Part shown: piece by piece, positions 1-13,059 of the stretch
Layout: each line of letters starts with the position of its first letter
Position numbering within the stretch: the stretch's first letter is position 1
Assembly (NCBI RefSeq): GCF_032062105.1
Contig: NW_026931531.1
Coordinates: forward strand, 372,001-436,000
Direction of reading: 5' to 3'
Length of the DNA: 64,000 nt
Source of the DNA: Saccostrea cucullata
Lineage: Eukaryota
Program-made: the position numbers and the translations under genes
The notes under the pieces: generated by a model
The model's database searches: none
Seen by the model: the letters and a program-made list of their open reading frames with translations, nothing else
Told to the model about the DNA's origin: nothing

Positions 1-102
1 TTACCTTTTTCTAAACAAAACATTGTGTATTCTATTTTGTGTATGAAATGTATCTAAAATAAGTGATCTAATTTGTATGAAGATATGAAATGGATCATAT
101 AC

Positions 103-3100
103 CTGGCCCTGACTTTCTAGAACATGGGGCACCTGGCTCTTACATCCAAGTGAACAAGCATCCAGCTCCTCACTTTTATTATAGGCCTCTTCACAGGCTG
201 TTAAATAATCACAAGATATCATATATAATCACAGGATATCATAAATACAACTGTTATTATAGGCCTCTTCACAGGCTGTCAAATAATCACAAGATATCAC
301 AGATACCAGGGTTGTCCCAAAAAGTGGTAGACAATGTTTATAATTTATTTAACATGCAACCAATACTAACCAAATTTTGCATAGACATAATATATTCAAT
401 GTTCTTTAAAAGTGTGAATTTTTAAATATGTATCTTTAGTATTAATAATTTTAGGACGATTTATATGAACGCCGATAAAGCCTGACAGCGCACGGACAAA
501 ATTCGGAAGAATTCACCCATATAACTTTTACATTTCCTTTCATTTCTTTAGTACTATGTAATAAATTGAATTCAAATTTAAATCACTGAAACCAGAATCA
601 AAATCCTAATAATATGTCAAAATTTCATATAAATAGCATTAGAAACAGACGATTGGTATAGTGATTTTCATAGTATCATTGGAATTGAGTTTGATAAAAA
701 CGACATCGTCAAATGCGTTACTGCGCACGGAGATGTAAAAAAATTGTGTTGGATATGGTTTATATACATCAGAGTCAAGAAAAAAAGAGTTCAGAAGTGA
801 CATTACACTCCAGATTTTAATAAAGAAGTTATTTTTATATGGCACGATTTTCAGTGAGAGCTTTAACCCTATACCAAATATAGTTACAGAATGTAAGAAG
901 TAAAGTACTGTTTGTTAAACTCAGACATTTGGGAACAAGCTGGACCGCAAATGACATCAAACAATGTGTATTCTCTGCTGCCTACAATGTAAGGCGATCT
1001 TTCGACTAAATTTTGACTGAAATTTGAATCTGCTTAAAAAAAAACAAATAAAAAAAACAAACAAAGACTAGTGAATTTAAATAAGTCTAAAAAAAATTTT
1101 GAGTGTTAGTAGACGCGAGTGAAGCAGACAAAGAGATCATGACGTTAAAAGAAACGTAATTTACACTTGCTTTCGTGTGCCTGTGCACACTTACATTCTT
1201 TCATTATTTTTTACATAATTTTCTTATTAGATGTGATATCATCATGAAACTTGAAATGCATGATCATAAAATGTTACTTTTTGCTATGACAAGGAAAGAA
1301 ATTTAATTAAGCAAAGAGAAACTACTCAGTAAGCTGTTTTCCCTGTCTACGACTTTTTGGATCCACCCTCGTACAATTGTTACATTGACAATTAACTATA
1401 ACATAGTATTGTCACAGTTTTATAATTGTAATTTTTTTTGTAAGACATCATGCTCCCTTTCTTTGACTAAGAAAACAGTGCAAACTGAATTACTTGTACA
1501 TTTATTCTAGGATTACGTACATGCTACACATCCCTGCTTTGTGAGATTCTGACTGTTGTGGTTACAGTAAACAAACTCCATGATGGAATAGAAACGACAT
1601 CCTCTTTTACAGGGATCCATTAAATAACTCTACAAAAATAATTCACATTTAATAGCGAGGGCAGCGAGCCTTGAGAAGGAATGCTTTCGAAGCGAGCTCA
1701 ATAGACTGATGTGTTAGAACAGAGGAAATTGGGAATGAAATCTGTACAAATGTCTGGCAAAATTTTATGTGAAACCTTCCTAGAATTTCTTTGCTACCAG
1801 GATTCCATGCGATAATGGGGAAAAAATAAATAACATAAAAAATAAAAGGCTTTCTGTTTGTAGAAATCTTACAAGCTATAAGAAAATACTTTATACAATC
1901 TAATTAAAATTAGATGTTAGATCCACTCGCATACTCGCTACACTAACATGATATCATCTAACAACATCCCATAGAGGGTCATGTCAGAAGTCAAATTCAG
2001 AACAGCTCTAGACTTTTCCACTTCGATTACGTCAACAAATATACAATGATTTTGCAGGCGACGATTTGATTGGTTGATAGAATTTGACCCCTGACACGAC
2101 CCTCTTTGGGATGGTGTTAGATATTAGTATAGCAAGTATGCGAGCGGATCTAACATCTAATTTTATGTAGATTCATACTCTACAATGTCTTTCGTCAAAA
2201 ATTGCACTTGGTCTATGCCGTAGTTTCAATCAGACAAGTGGCTGTCTCCATAGGCTCCGACAATCTCCTTTATGTCATGTGATGTCAGAGGTAGTCAACA
2301 TGTCTCTTGCGACTTGATGTTTGAAGTAGCCGATCAATGTTTCATTGACAAGTGTCTTTTTGAAAGTGTAACAGCGCTCACCCCAAGCATCACACCATAA
2401 AACATATTATTATTAATATATGTAATATGGCACAGTGGCATAAAGAAAACACACTAACCCATTGCATTTAATGTAAGTCACTTATCAGCTTTGGACAAAA
2501 AATGTAGCTACTGTAATACGTTCTATTTCCATTAGTAAACTCTTCACATAGGCGTCGGAACCGGTAGGCTAGGGGGGGGGGCTTAGCCCCCCCCAATTTT
2601 TTTGCAAAATTAGACATTATATAGGCATTGAAAATTGGGATTTACGTTTTTCTGTTGGTTTAGCCGCCCCCCCCCCCACTTTCGATTAGCCCCCCACCCT
2701 TTCAATTTGCTTCCGACTCCCATGCTTCAGAATTAGAGACGCATTTGGTCATCTGACTTGGACAGCATGGGGTTGAGGATAATACAAAACATGCCAATCT
2801 CAGTTAAAATTTTAAATGTTAAATGTATCTGTCACTCCAGTTGAATAATAGATGAACTAAAAGACATGTAAGTCTAAGAGAGCAAGAACCCTATAAAATT
2901 TATCATCCATTGATAACAATACATTTCAGAGGCATGTTTATTGTTTTTAGATGACGTTTTTTTCTTATGCCATTTCAGAGGCATGTTTATTGTTTTTAGA
3001 TGTTATCATATGATAAATAGATTCAACTACAGATATAAACTGATATCATTTTCATTCGATTTCTACTCTTGATGTATAAAAAATCCACAGCAATAGAATA

Positions 3101-3728
3101 TTTCATGTTGTTAGGATTTGTTTGGTGACATTCAACATGTTCAACATTATATTGTTTACATGTTTATGTAAATACATTTGTCCCAGAAATCCCACAAGAT
3201 TTGTATATTTTCTGATTTTTTCACAAAAGAGCGCACTAGGAAGTTTAAGTCTTCTTCCGTGGAAATAGAACGTATTGTTGCAAGTGACATTTGAAGATTA
3301 TATTCATAATATAATTTATAATATGAATTTAAGATAAAGCTGTGATGAACATTTTTGTCAGAAATGTCATAACACATAATCTGATGATTAATGATATTTA
3401 TCAGCAACTTAATATTACAAAAAATTCCTTTATTTGAGTTTTTTTGGAAGAAATAAGTTTTTAATAAAGATTGAATGGCTAATATAAGCTGCATAACTAC
3501 ATCAATAGCTACCGGATCTACATAGAATGACTGTGCTTGTCTATAAATATAACCAAGACAATATCAAACCTTTACCTTTTCAAACGTATGAGGACTGTAT
3601 GTATTTGCACAAGACTTTGTACATGATGAAATATCGTCGAGAACTCTGCTAAATATACTGTCAGCCGAACAACACGTAAAAAACAACAGGGATATACAAC
3701 AAACAAAGCCTAACTGCAATGTCGCCAT
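103..3728 (-). CDS. TMEM59: TMEM59-family type I membrane protein, 5' part (exons 3576-3728, 1521-1629, 103-197; gene continues beyond the window start)
   Basis: The GT-AG exons join in frame: MATLQLGFVCCISLLFFTCCSADSIFSRVLDDISSCTKSCANTYSPHTFEK|SYLMDPCKRGCRFYSIMEFVYCNHNSQNLTKQGCVA|SCEEAYNKSEELDACSLGCKSQVPHVLESQGQ. The signal peptide and Cys pattern match the TMEM59/BSMAP N-terminus (SCHRAC..YPLHTY..CQRGCRLFSI..ACTEAY..ACHLGC). Confidence 0.9.
306..1371. mobile_element. Non-autonomous TA-flanked DNA transposon (Tc1/mariner-like), copy 1, in TMEM59 intron 2
   Basis: Imperfect TIRs CCAGGGTTGTCCCAAAAAGTGGTAGACA / TGTCTACGACTTTTTGGATCCACCCTCG, with TA on both sides. The body is homologous to 17095-18060. 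Confidence 0.75.
1897..2173. mobile_element. MITE / foldback element with ~100 bp inverted arms
   Basis: AATCTAATTAAAATTAGATGTTAGATCCACTCGCATACT...CATCCCATAGAGGGTCATGTCAGAAGTCAAATTC is mirrored by GAATTTGACCCCTGACACGACCCTCTTTGGGATG...AGTATGCGAGCGGATCTAACATCTAATTTTATGTAGATT. Confidence 0.8.
2547..2724. mobile_element. Short MITE with CA..TG termini and 5-bp TSD (CTTCA)
   Basis: TIRs CATAGGCGTCGGAA / TTCCGACTCCCATG; CTTCA at 2542-2546 and 2725-2729; G/C-run-rich interior. Confidence 0.75.
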
Positions 3729-3763
3729 TTTGGCTGACTGGATTGATGTTATTGTCACGTGAT
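3721..3763 (-). promoter_or_regulatory. TMEM59 proximal elements: YY1-like CGCCATTTT overlapping the ATG, and a CLEAR/E-box-like GTCACGTGAT at 3754-3763
   Basis: Both motifs are read directly from the sequence; the E-box lies about 26 bp upstream of the start codon. Confidence 0.5.
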
Positions 3764-3879
3764 CCTATGATAAAGAGATTAGCTAAATCGTTCTAAAGAA
3801 CAGTCATTTCACAGGAAAATGTCGAACTTTTTGGTCTGTGATTTTGCACATTTTTGACATTTATGTAAAATTCAAATGC

Positions 3880-4980
3880 CATGGACAAAAGGTAAAAATT
3901 GTTTGTATTTATGGAAATAAAGGTCATGTCAAACTTTAAGGTCAAGGTCAAAAGCATTTTATATCCATGAAAAAGTCTTGTAACAATGAATACACATGTT
4001 ACTTTTTTTGTATGTGAAGTTTTAAAAGTACTATATGTTTAAAAGTGACATAACTTATACTGTACTACATTTGAAATCCTAAGTTTATAATATTCGGTAA
4101 ATTTTTGCAAAATGGGTCAAACTTCAAGGTTAAATAGTTTGGTTTCTCTGTGAAAAGACCTCTCTTTCGATTTTTTTTTTTAAATCTTAGAATTAAATTA
4201 ACTTAAACGTGGTCATAAACGTTTATAATTAAAGGGATTTCATGTCATATCACTTAATGTCCTTGCAACAAAACGTATCTTTGCCACCATTTTGACCTCA
4301 TGACTTTGACCTTTGATTCTAACTTACCTTAGTCTGGTTATGACTTCTAAACGGTTGGAGCTAGGGCTTTCATATTTTACATTTATATTTCTTGTGACAT
4401 ACCCTTTGTTTGGACACAAAAAATTGACGTCATACCCTTGATCTAGAAGGTTGACCTACTTGTAGAAAGTTTAACTTTGACCAGAACTTTAAAAAGACAC
4501 ACAAGGGCTTTCATATTTCACGTGTTTATTCTTTGAGACGAGACCTTTTTGAGTTTTCCTAACATTTAACCTTGATGATTGACCTAAAATATTTCATCTT
4601 GGTGGTGATAACTTCTGAGGGGTTGGTTCTAGGGCTTTCACATCTCACATATATATATTTTGTTGTTTTTGTGACATGTCTTTTGTTTGATTTCTTGAGC
4701 ATTTTTTTTTTAATCTTTTGACCTTTCCGTTGATCTACTGAAAAAAAATGAACCTTTGCCATAGCTTTTGAACAGTTTGTGCTCGTCTAATAGCTCTTTC
4801 ATATTAATGTGGCAAGGCCCTTTTTAATTGGTTATTACATTTTTTATCTCATGAATTTGATCTTGGAGTTGACCTTCTTAACATGATAAAGCTGAAACAT
4901 TGTCAATATGAAATTGTCATACATGCAGTGGCATTCACTACAGTCATATATTTCACAAACACATGTACATCTTGTTAAAG
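3880..4980. repeat. Degenerate satellite-like / Helentron-associated repeat remnants (TGACCTT-rich units)
   Basis: Recurrent TTTGACCTT, AGGGCTTTCATATTT and TTGTGACA motifs, as in the unit at 29011-30237. Confidence 0.55.
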
Positions 4981-6920
4981 TTTTAGTCTAAAAGACATGT
5001 TTTAATCCCATGGGAGTAATTTAGCCTCGGTGCTCAAAACCAAATTTGATAATTTTACGATAATATGATGACCGTAATGTTATCAAAAGGGCAGCTGTGA
5101 GTTCAATCTACGCGAATATAAATTGATGCCGATTAAAGCAAACATGCAGATGTCCTGACTGTTACTTTGAAGCATATTACGGCTACTTCGAATATCCAAA
5201 GGTCGGGCATTTTATCATTAATTCTTATAGTAAACGACCTTATTATAAGCTGTTTAGTCAAGGTTCTCGAAGACATCTCACTTTGGGTGTTAACACAATT
5301 ATAAATAATAATGTCCATCTTAACTCCTTTATTTTTAAATTCTCATATTAAGGGGGTTGGGGGTTGGGTTGGACATTTAATTTTTTTTGTAGTTTTTATA
5401 TATTACAAAAATCTCCTATTCCCTTGCTTCTTATCTCTCTAGCTGCACATTTCTTCTTCTTCTTTTTTTCTTTGAAATCATAAATTTGTTGATTGTACAT
5501 CAGTCAAAATATATATGAATACGCTTTTTTCGTCATTTTGTTTGGGTTGTTCAATACAATGTAGTCGGAAAATAGCTCTTCAGAGCTAATGTTCTTTGTT
5601 GATGTACCCGACTTTAAATAAATATTATCTTATCTTAATGTGTTTAAATAAAAAAATCATTCATATGTTGTTTGCCTCTTCTACACACATTAGCACATTT
5701 TTCGTTGCAGTATACATGTATATATAATATTGCAGTGGAACTCTGATAAATTTCAAAAAGCTTTAAAAGAAAAACAACGCAGCGACGGATTATATTGAGC
5801 GCAACAAAGTCACACAATATATGTACGCACACTCACAGCCAAGCCTGGGATTTACTAAGTCAATGTTTGTCAAGGCCGGGGATATCATTTCCAGTCTGGT
5901 GTCAACTAGAGCTACATCCGCCTATAGCACGACAGAAAGAGGATTATTACTTAACTATATATTTCTATTGATTTATGAGCGGTCTCTTTCTTGTTTTATG
6001 ATTCACGTGGAGGTCCTTAGAATTCAGTTCCGGCTGGAGGGAGGAGGGGCTAACGCTATAATATTTTTGATAGATAAGCACCTCTCCATAACCCCACCCC
6101 GAAATGCCAGTATTAATTATAACTTTAATTAATTATGGGAAGGAAAACAAATAATTTACTTTATATGTCCATGGTTTAGCAAACTACTACAATAGACTTC
6201 ATCCTTTCCATTTGTCAAATTATATTTCATTGATTCACACCCCCGGTCACACAAGAAACTTTTAAGTCATTCTAAACCGTCGCCAGCACTTGAAAAAATA
6301 GTAAAGTAAAAATTGGAATCTGAATTGCTTCAGTTCCGGTGTGAAATTATTCAATAAATAATTAGTTTAAAAAAAAAATCAAAAATCATATCCTATTACA
6401 ACAAGTCTTTAGAAGTATAAATATTTTTATACGCTAAGAGAAAGTTTAACCAAACACTATTGAAAACCACACGGAGTGGACGGTGATGGACCTTTCTCTA
6501 AAACTTTTCCATATCTTTTTCCCTCAAATTCTTGAATTTGGAAGTGTTTGTAAAACGTGGGGGAGGGGCAAGGAGCTTGAAAATGAAAACTTTCTTTGTA
6601 ACACGTACTGGAAAAGTGGAGGGCGAACGGGGTCTATATAAAATTTAAAATACGTGTATACATGTACAGTAGTTATGTCTTTGAGCATCTGAAAAAGACA
6701 TTAAAAATTTCAAAACATATAATATGATTACGTAGTTATTGATACATAAGATTTAATTGAGATTTAAACTACGCGAAAGTAATAAAAATATATTTTTAAG
6801 AGAGTGTACTTGTATAGATCTACGATGAATTTTGGCGCCAAACTTCACTTTCGAATCTTCTCGGGATTCTTGCCTCCAATAAACGATACTGAAAGGTTGA
6901 CTTATCACTTCCGGATCAGA

Positions 6921-7020
6921 CCAATCGTGGCTTTCGATCGCCTTGCGCGTGGTGGGATTTGATTGGTTCGACTTTTGCCATGTGGACCAATGATATATTT
7001 CCATCTGTAAAGTCACGTGG
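6921..7020. promoter_or_regulatory. Calreticulin promoter ER-stress elements: perfect ERSE (CCAAT-N9-CCACG, minus strand, 6948-6966), ERSE-II-like TGTGG-A-CCAAT (6981-6991), and CACGTGG box (7014-7020)
   Basis: CGTGG-TGGGATTTG-ATTGG is the reverse complement of the ERSE consensus. Several CCAAT boxes lie 80-155 bp upstream of the ATG. Confidence 0.8.
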
Positions 7021-7073
7021 ATTACGCCGGCATCTTCACTATCAACAGAACAGCTCTGGAGGACACGTCCAAG

Positions 7074-10000
7074 ATGAAAACGTGCGTTTGTTTGCTCCTT
7101 TTTGTGGGAGTTACTCTGTCAAAAGCAACTGAGTATTTCAGGGAAGAGTTTGATTCAGGTTTGTAATACTTCTTTAGGTGCAGTTTTGCATGAAAGTGCT
7201 ATTCACTATTCATTCTATCTACACCAACTCTTAACTTGTCAGTGTCATGAGTGTGAATATAATGTTTTGCAATAATTTACAGGCAGAGTTATGAAAATAT
7301 TGTTAATCTTTCATATATGCTTAAACTTAAGCAAAGGTCGATATAATATGTGAAGTATAGAAAAATCTTGCAGGACATTTTATAACATAAACACTGCAAA
7401 ATGCTTCTAGACTTCAAAATACTTTATATTTTGTCAGAAATATTTTAAAATGAATCTTAATCTTAGAAATTTTTAAAGCTTCAAATAATAAAAAAAAATT
7501 GTAAACAACTGCAGATGACACCTGTAAGATTAAATTTAATGTTTTCAGAAAGTTGGAAAGACAGATGGACGGAGTCTACTTTCAAAGGAGCTGACCAGGG
7601 TAAATTTGTCTGGACTGCAGGCAAATTCTATGGAGACCCTGAGAAAGATAAGGGTATGTTTTCAGATAGAATCAAAACATTGAGTCGTGAAATTTTCTCA
7701 AGGCAACAAAATAACAACTTGTTAATATATATGCTAATTGTGTTTGTTAATTATTCTGTCAGTCTAATGTCAGTTTTACAAGATGCCTGGCAGGTATGAA
7801 ACATGAGTTCCTAAATGGGAAAACTAATCTGAACCATTTCTTTTAAAGGAATCCAAACCTCTCAAGATGCTAAGTTCTATGGAATTTCTTCCAAGTTGGA
7901 GAAACCATTTAGCAATGAGGGAAAGCCTCTGGTCATCCAGTTCACAGTAAAGCATGAGCAGAACATTGACTGTGGTGGTGGATACATTAAACTTTACCCC
8001 AAAGATCTGGACCAGAAAAATCTACATGGAGATTCTCCATATTTCATCATGTTTGGTAAGATTTCAACATATTTTACAAGATAAGCAAAGTTCAGTATTA
8101 TGTAAAAGCAGGTGTTATAATGGATTTTAGGTAAGATTTCAACAACAGTGGTATAATGAATTTTTGTTTTTCAGGACCTGATATTTGTGGACCAGGCACC
8201 AAAAAAGTCCATGTCATTTTCAACTACAAAGGAAAGAACCTGCTATGCAAGAAAGAAATCCGTTGTAAGGATGACGTTTTCACTCACCTGTACACCCTTG
8301 TTGTCAACCCAGATAACAGCTATGTAGTGAAGATTGACAACGAGAAAGTGGAGAGCGGACAGCTGGAAGAGGACTGGGACTTCCTGCCACCAAAGAAGAT
8401 CAAGGTATTACAGATAATAATGCTATTATGGCCTAGAAAATCTCTAAAAGGAGTTTTTCCTTTTTAAAACTGAAAGTTGAAGATCTGACGATTTTGTTTA
8501 GTGTACCAATAGTTGTCTGATAATCAGGGTTCGAAATTAACTTTTTTTAGCACTAGTCCACACGGACTAGTGACTTCTAGCTTCCACTAGTCCGCAACCT
8601 ATTCCACTAGTCCACCCTATAGTATGTAAAAAGAATAATACAAATCTTAAAATTTTATCAATTAATTCAATTGTGTCCACACATCAGTTGGAAGCATGTG
8701 GTAGAGGGTTTTCCACATGGAGTTGTCTATTGATCACAATGTAGAAAACGTCGTGGTTGGATTTATTTTCAAACATAGAAATAAAATTAATAAAATGTGA
8801 ACCGACAAGACTTATATCCGGATTTGCACTTCCGTACGGACTAGACCCCAGACACAATTTTTACTAGGCGGACAAGAAACCCTGATAATAGTTGTGAAAT
8901 CATAGAAAATACACTTCGTTGTAGGATCCAGAGGCCAAGAAACCCGATGACTGGGATGAGAGGGAGAAGATCGATGACCCCGATGATAAGAAACCAGAAG
9001 ACTGGGACAAGCCCGAACACATCCCTGACCCAGACGCCAAGAAACCTGATGACTGGGATGATGAGATGGACGGAGAATGGGAACCCCCACAGATTGATAA
9101 CCCAGACTACAAGGTACACAGTGTTATTATCCAGAAAGAAAACTTGTATTTGATTGATATTTGACTATTGTCATATGACACAAGTCAATAAATTCATACT
9201 TATTATGCAGGGAGAATGGAAACCCAAGCAAATTGATAACCCTGATTACAAAGGCAAATGGGTCCACCCAGAAATTGATAACCCAGAATATACTCCTGAC
9301 AGTAACCTCTACAAGTATGATGATATTGGAGCTGTAGGATTTGACCTCTGGCAGGTAAGGATGTTGTAATGCAAAAAATGTTACATGAATTGAAATTGCC
9401 ACCTTTATTTAACTTTTATTTCTGTTTTTTATGTACATGTCAAGAAGTTTCTGAATTAATTATAGGTGAAATCTGGTACAATTTTTGATAACATCCTGGT
9501 TACTGATGATGAAAAACATGCTGAAGAAGTCGGAAAAGAGACCTGGGGGAAAACCAAAGATCCAGAGAAGAAAATGAAGGATGAACAGGATGAAGAGGAG
9601 AGAAAGCAGAGGGAGGAGGAAGAGAAGAAGAGAAAAGAGGAAGAAGGTAAACAAATAGTTAAAATATCACTCAATTACTTCCTGGTTAAAGTTCAGAAGA
9701 AAAAGGTAGACAAATGCTTAGAAGAAAATGTCACTTATTAACTTCCTGGTTGATGTTCAGTGTTCCTTGGAAAAGAGAGATAACTCTTTCTTGAATAAAC
9801 GAATTACAAAAATTATTCCCTTATAAAATCACCATTTCCATCATAATTTTATGCAAGGAATAGTAAGAAATTGCATCTCATTTTGGAAAATCAGTAGTAT
9901 TAATGCAGAATTCCACACAATTGAATACTGAACAGAGAAATGGTTAACTATGAAGTAGAAATTTTTTGCAACAAAATCTCACCTACTGCTTTTTCTCCTC

Positions 10001-10354
10001 CAGATAAGAACAAGAAAGACGATGATGAGGGTGAAGATGAGGATGAAGAGGAAGAGGACAAGGTAAGAAAAAAGGGAGACCACCCAGGAATAACCCCCCC
10101 CCCCTCCAGAATAATTATTTTACTTTCTTGAGGATAAAAGCTGGGAACATGCAGAAAATATATAATTTTATATTCACCATGCAAAAAGTGTATGCCATTG
10201 TGAAAAAATATTACATGGCTTGAACTTTAATGAAGGACTCTTTGATCATTCATTTAGAAAATATATATCTCGGTATTTGAGAACCATTTATTAATGTATT
10301 TCTTTTCTTTTTATGTAGGAAGAAGAGGATAAGGCCACTAAAGATGAATTATAA
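7074..10354 (+). CDS. CALR: Calreticulin, 9 exons: 7074-7158, 7549-7653, 7849-8055, 8175-8404, 8925-9113, 9211-9354, 9466-9646, 10004-10062, 10319-10354
   Basis: Signal peptide [16 protein letters not shown]; signature motifs [12 protein letters not shown] and IMFGPDICG; P-domain repeats ([26 protein letters not shown]); acidic C-domain; ends [11 protein letters not shown]. All introns are GT-AG and phase-consistent. Confidence 0.98.
8525..8884. mobile_element. MITE in calreticulin intron 4, CAGGGTT..AACCCTG termini, 5-bp TSD (ATAAT)
   Basis: Short TIR, ATAAT on both flanks, and subterminal CACTAGTCC/GGACTAG repeats. Confidence 0.7.
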
Positions 10355-11554
10355 TAAACCAATTTAACTAGATCTTAAAGACATTTTGCAATGTTTAGGA
10401 AGACCATTCGAGCCAATTCATTTTTACCTCTTCATTGCTCACTACACAATTCCATTGATCATGATAAGCCATTCAATCATGAACATGTGATGAGTAACTG
10501 TGGACGTGTAAATGTGTCTAAATGTGTATGTTTACTTAGGGATGAATGCCTGAGAACTGAATGTTGATGTTAGATGGAATATAGTTTTCTATTCTGGGGA
10601 CATTATTTATTGTTTTCACTTTCAGCAGATAGCTTTACTTAAATTGGCGAAAAAATCAAAGGGTCCATTCTTTTTTAACTCTTTATAAAAAAAACTATTG
10701 TCTGTTGTTAAGTATAATTTATTCATGAAATGTGAATAAAAGTGGGGTTTTAATAAATCTGTGTTATTGTTTTTCCTCCTTTATTTTTCTAATCTTGACC
10801 TGTGTTATGAACTTAAATAAGTGACGTGCCAATATAAAAATACTGGTAACGCATAATTTGTCTGTAAATGTCAAAATGGCAAGGTCCAGCTAGTACTCTA
10901 AAAGACTAAACCATTGAAGATGATGATTCTTTGGTTTTGATGAATGGTGGTCTTGTGGTTATATACCAAGAAATGGAAATTTCTTTTGTTCATGTATACA
11001 ATTGCAACATTTAGACTTGACCTGTAGACTCTACAAGCACATTTTTCATTATCAGAAAAACACCAGTAGAACTACAGCCTCATCAAACACTTTGTCTTAG
11101 ACTATAAAATGAAGGTGAAAAAAAGGGAAATAAAGCCTTGAAAATGAGGCCACCTTATCTCTTTATAAGTGCCTAGTACTGATTAAAATTTCAAGTCTTA
11201 CAATGACAACAGATGGTGTTTCAGTTAAGAGTAATTTAAATGCAATTTCAAGAGTAATGTCCCTTAGCGTGAATGGGTATAGGCCAAACTAATTTTACTT
11301 ACACAACTATCAGAACAGGGTTATATAAAACACTTGACATTTTTATCTTGTAGCTGCTTTGTGCAGTACACGTTCATCTTGCATGTTCTTTGTTAATGTG
11401 TTCATTCTTTTCATCTTTTTATTGTGCATTATCCTGCACAATTAATTTCATAATTTATACCGATGTAGCAGAGGCATACAGAAGTCAATTTCATTGAAGT
11501 AGATCACAATGACAATACTGACATCTGCTTAGGTGAATTCTTTGAAGAGAAATA

Positions 11555-11763
11555 CTGTAAATTCACATATTTTCGTGGGGTCAAATTTTCATGGTTTGAG
11601 GGAAAGAAAATATTGGATTGTGGGGATTTAACGTCATGGTTGGAAAAAGTTTTGTAGTAATGCATATGGAATTTAGCATTTCGTGGTGGTCGTAAATTTG
11701 TCGGTCTCTCCATACCTCGAAAACATGAAAATTAACTCCCCACAAAAATAAGTGATTGCACAG
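11555..11763. mobile_element. TA-flanked MITE (CTGT..ACAG termini)
   Basis: TA-CTGTAAATTCACATATTTTCGTGGGG ... CCCCACAAAAATAAGTGATTGCACAG-TA form imperfect inverted ends. Confidence 0.65.
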
Positions 11764-13059
11764 TATACCAAGATGTGAATGTGGCCTGGAGGAGTACAGT
11801 CCAAGAAGAAAGAATATGGCAGACAGCAATAACTCTCTTCCTTTTACTAGCAACTTTAATCATCAGCCAGGCATAAAATGTATAGCTTCAAAATAAAAAC
11901 AACTCCATCTCTCTTACACATTTTATTTTACTAGTGCTTTTGTTATGTAGATATTTCAATATTGCACTGTTTGTATCTGAAATCAATCTCAGAGTTTGAT
12001 AACAAACCCTAGTAACAATCCACACAAATAAAACAGCCATAATAATATATGCATATAATTATAAATATTCAATTAATAACCTACTTCACTACTTTATTGC
12101 ACTTATTCTTGAACAAAAGTGTATTTTTCTCAGCACTAAGGAGTATTTTGTTTACAGTATTATTAGTTGTATTTATCTGGTGGTCACAACAAAGATGTGG
12201 AAGACAAAAATATGATTGTTTTCAAGAAAATGCTGTCTCATGTTGAAAAAAAAATCAAAAGCTATATAAATATAATTCATAATGCATAGTTGATAAAATA
12301 CTGATAATTTGACATCAAAGTTGAATACAACCTAAAATATTTCCATCAAAAGTGCAGATAACACTTATCACAGTTTCAAAACCGGTTTCAAAATTCTGGG
12401 ATTACGTGAGCTCAAAAAATTGTAATGACAATTATATAAGGTTATTATGTGTGTTTCATAAGAGGTGTCGATGGAATGGACAGGGATAAAGCAGATAGTC
12501 TGCCATTATCTCCCTTTGGTGATTATCTGTCCAGGAAGACTTACAAAAAATAAGGAAAGAAAAAAATCACGAACAATATAATCCAGAATACAACGAATCC
12601 ATACCAAGTATAAGAGGTCTGACTATTGTTATAAATACTTACATGTCATAAAATGTTAAAAGTAGTCTTTCCTTTTTTTTTTAATAAATAAGTTAGTGTT
12701 TGAAAAGTGAATTCATTTCCACATGCATAAATACATAACTTTTTTACCATACCATCTTTTCTCCTTAAAACTAATAACTAATATAAATATAAAATTTAAT
12801 TCTCTAACAAAACAAAGCTATTTTGAAAGCAAAACAACATGAAGGAAACTCAAAAATAACTTGGTTTGTGTAACAACATGATAAGACACTTAAAAACTAC
12901 AGTAGAAATTGAATATTCTGTTTCAAAAGTAACAATAAGAAAAAGAATTCCATAAACTCCCATAAAGACATGAATTTAGTGAAGCACAGATAGAGTTAGA
13001 AGGACACAATAACGTAGATAACATCATCACAGCTGATTTGTAGAGTCTTCCTGTCTTTG

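Noticed and set aside
1650-2400. Possible intronic snoRNAs in TMEM59 intron 1 (GC-richer patches at ~1650-1720 and ~2200-2400)
   Set aside because: No properly paired C/D boxes or H/ACA architecture could be established on the transcribed (minus) strand.
8812-10184. Minus-strand and alternative-frame ORFs over calreticulin
   Set aside because: They are shadows of the repetitive P-domain and acidic-tail exons.
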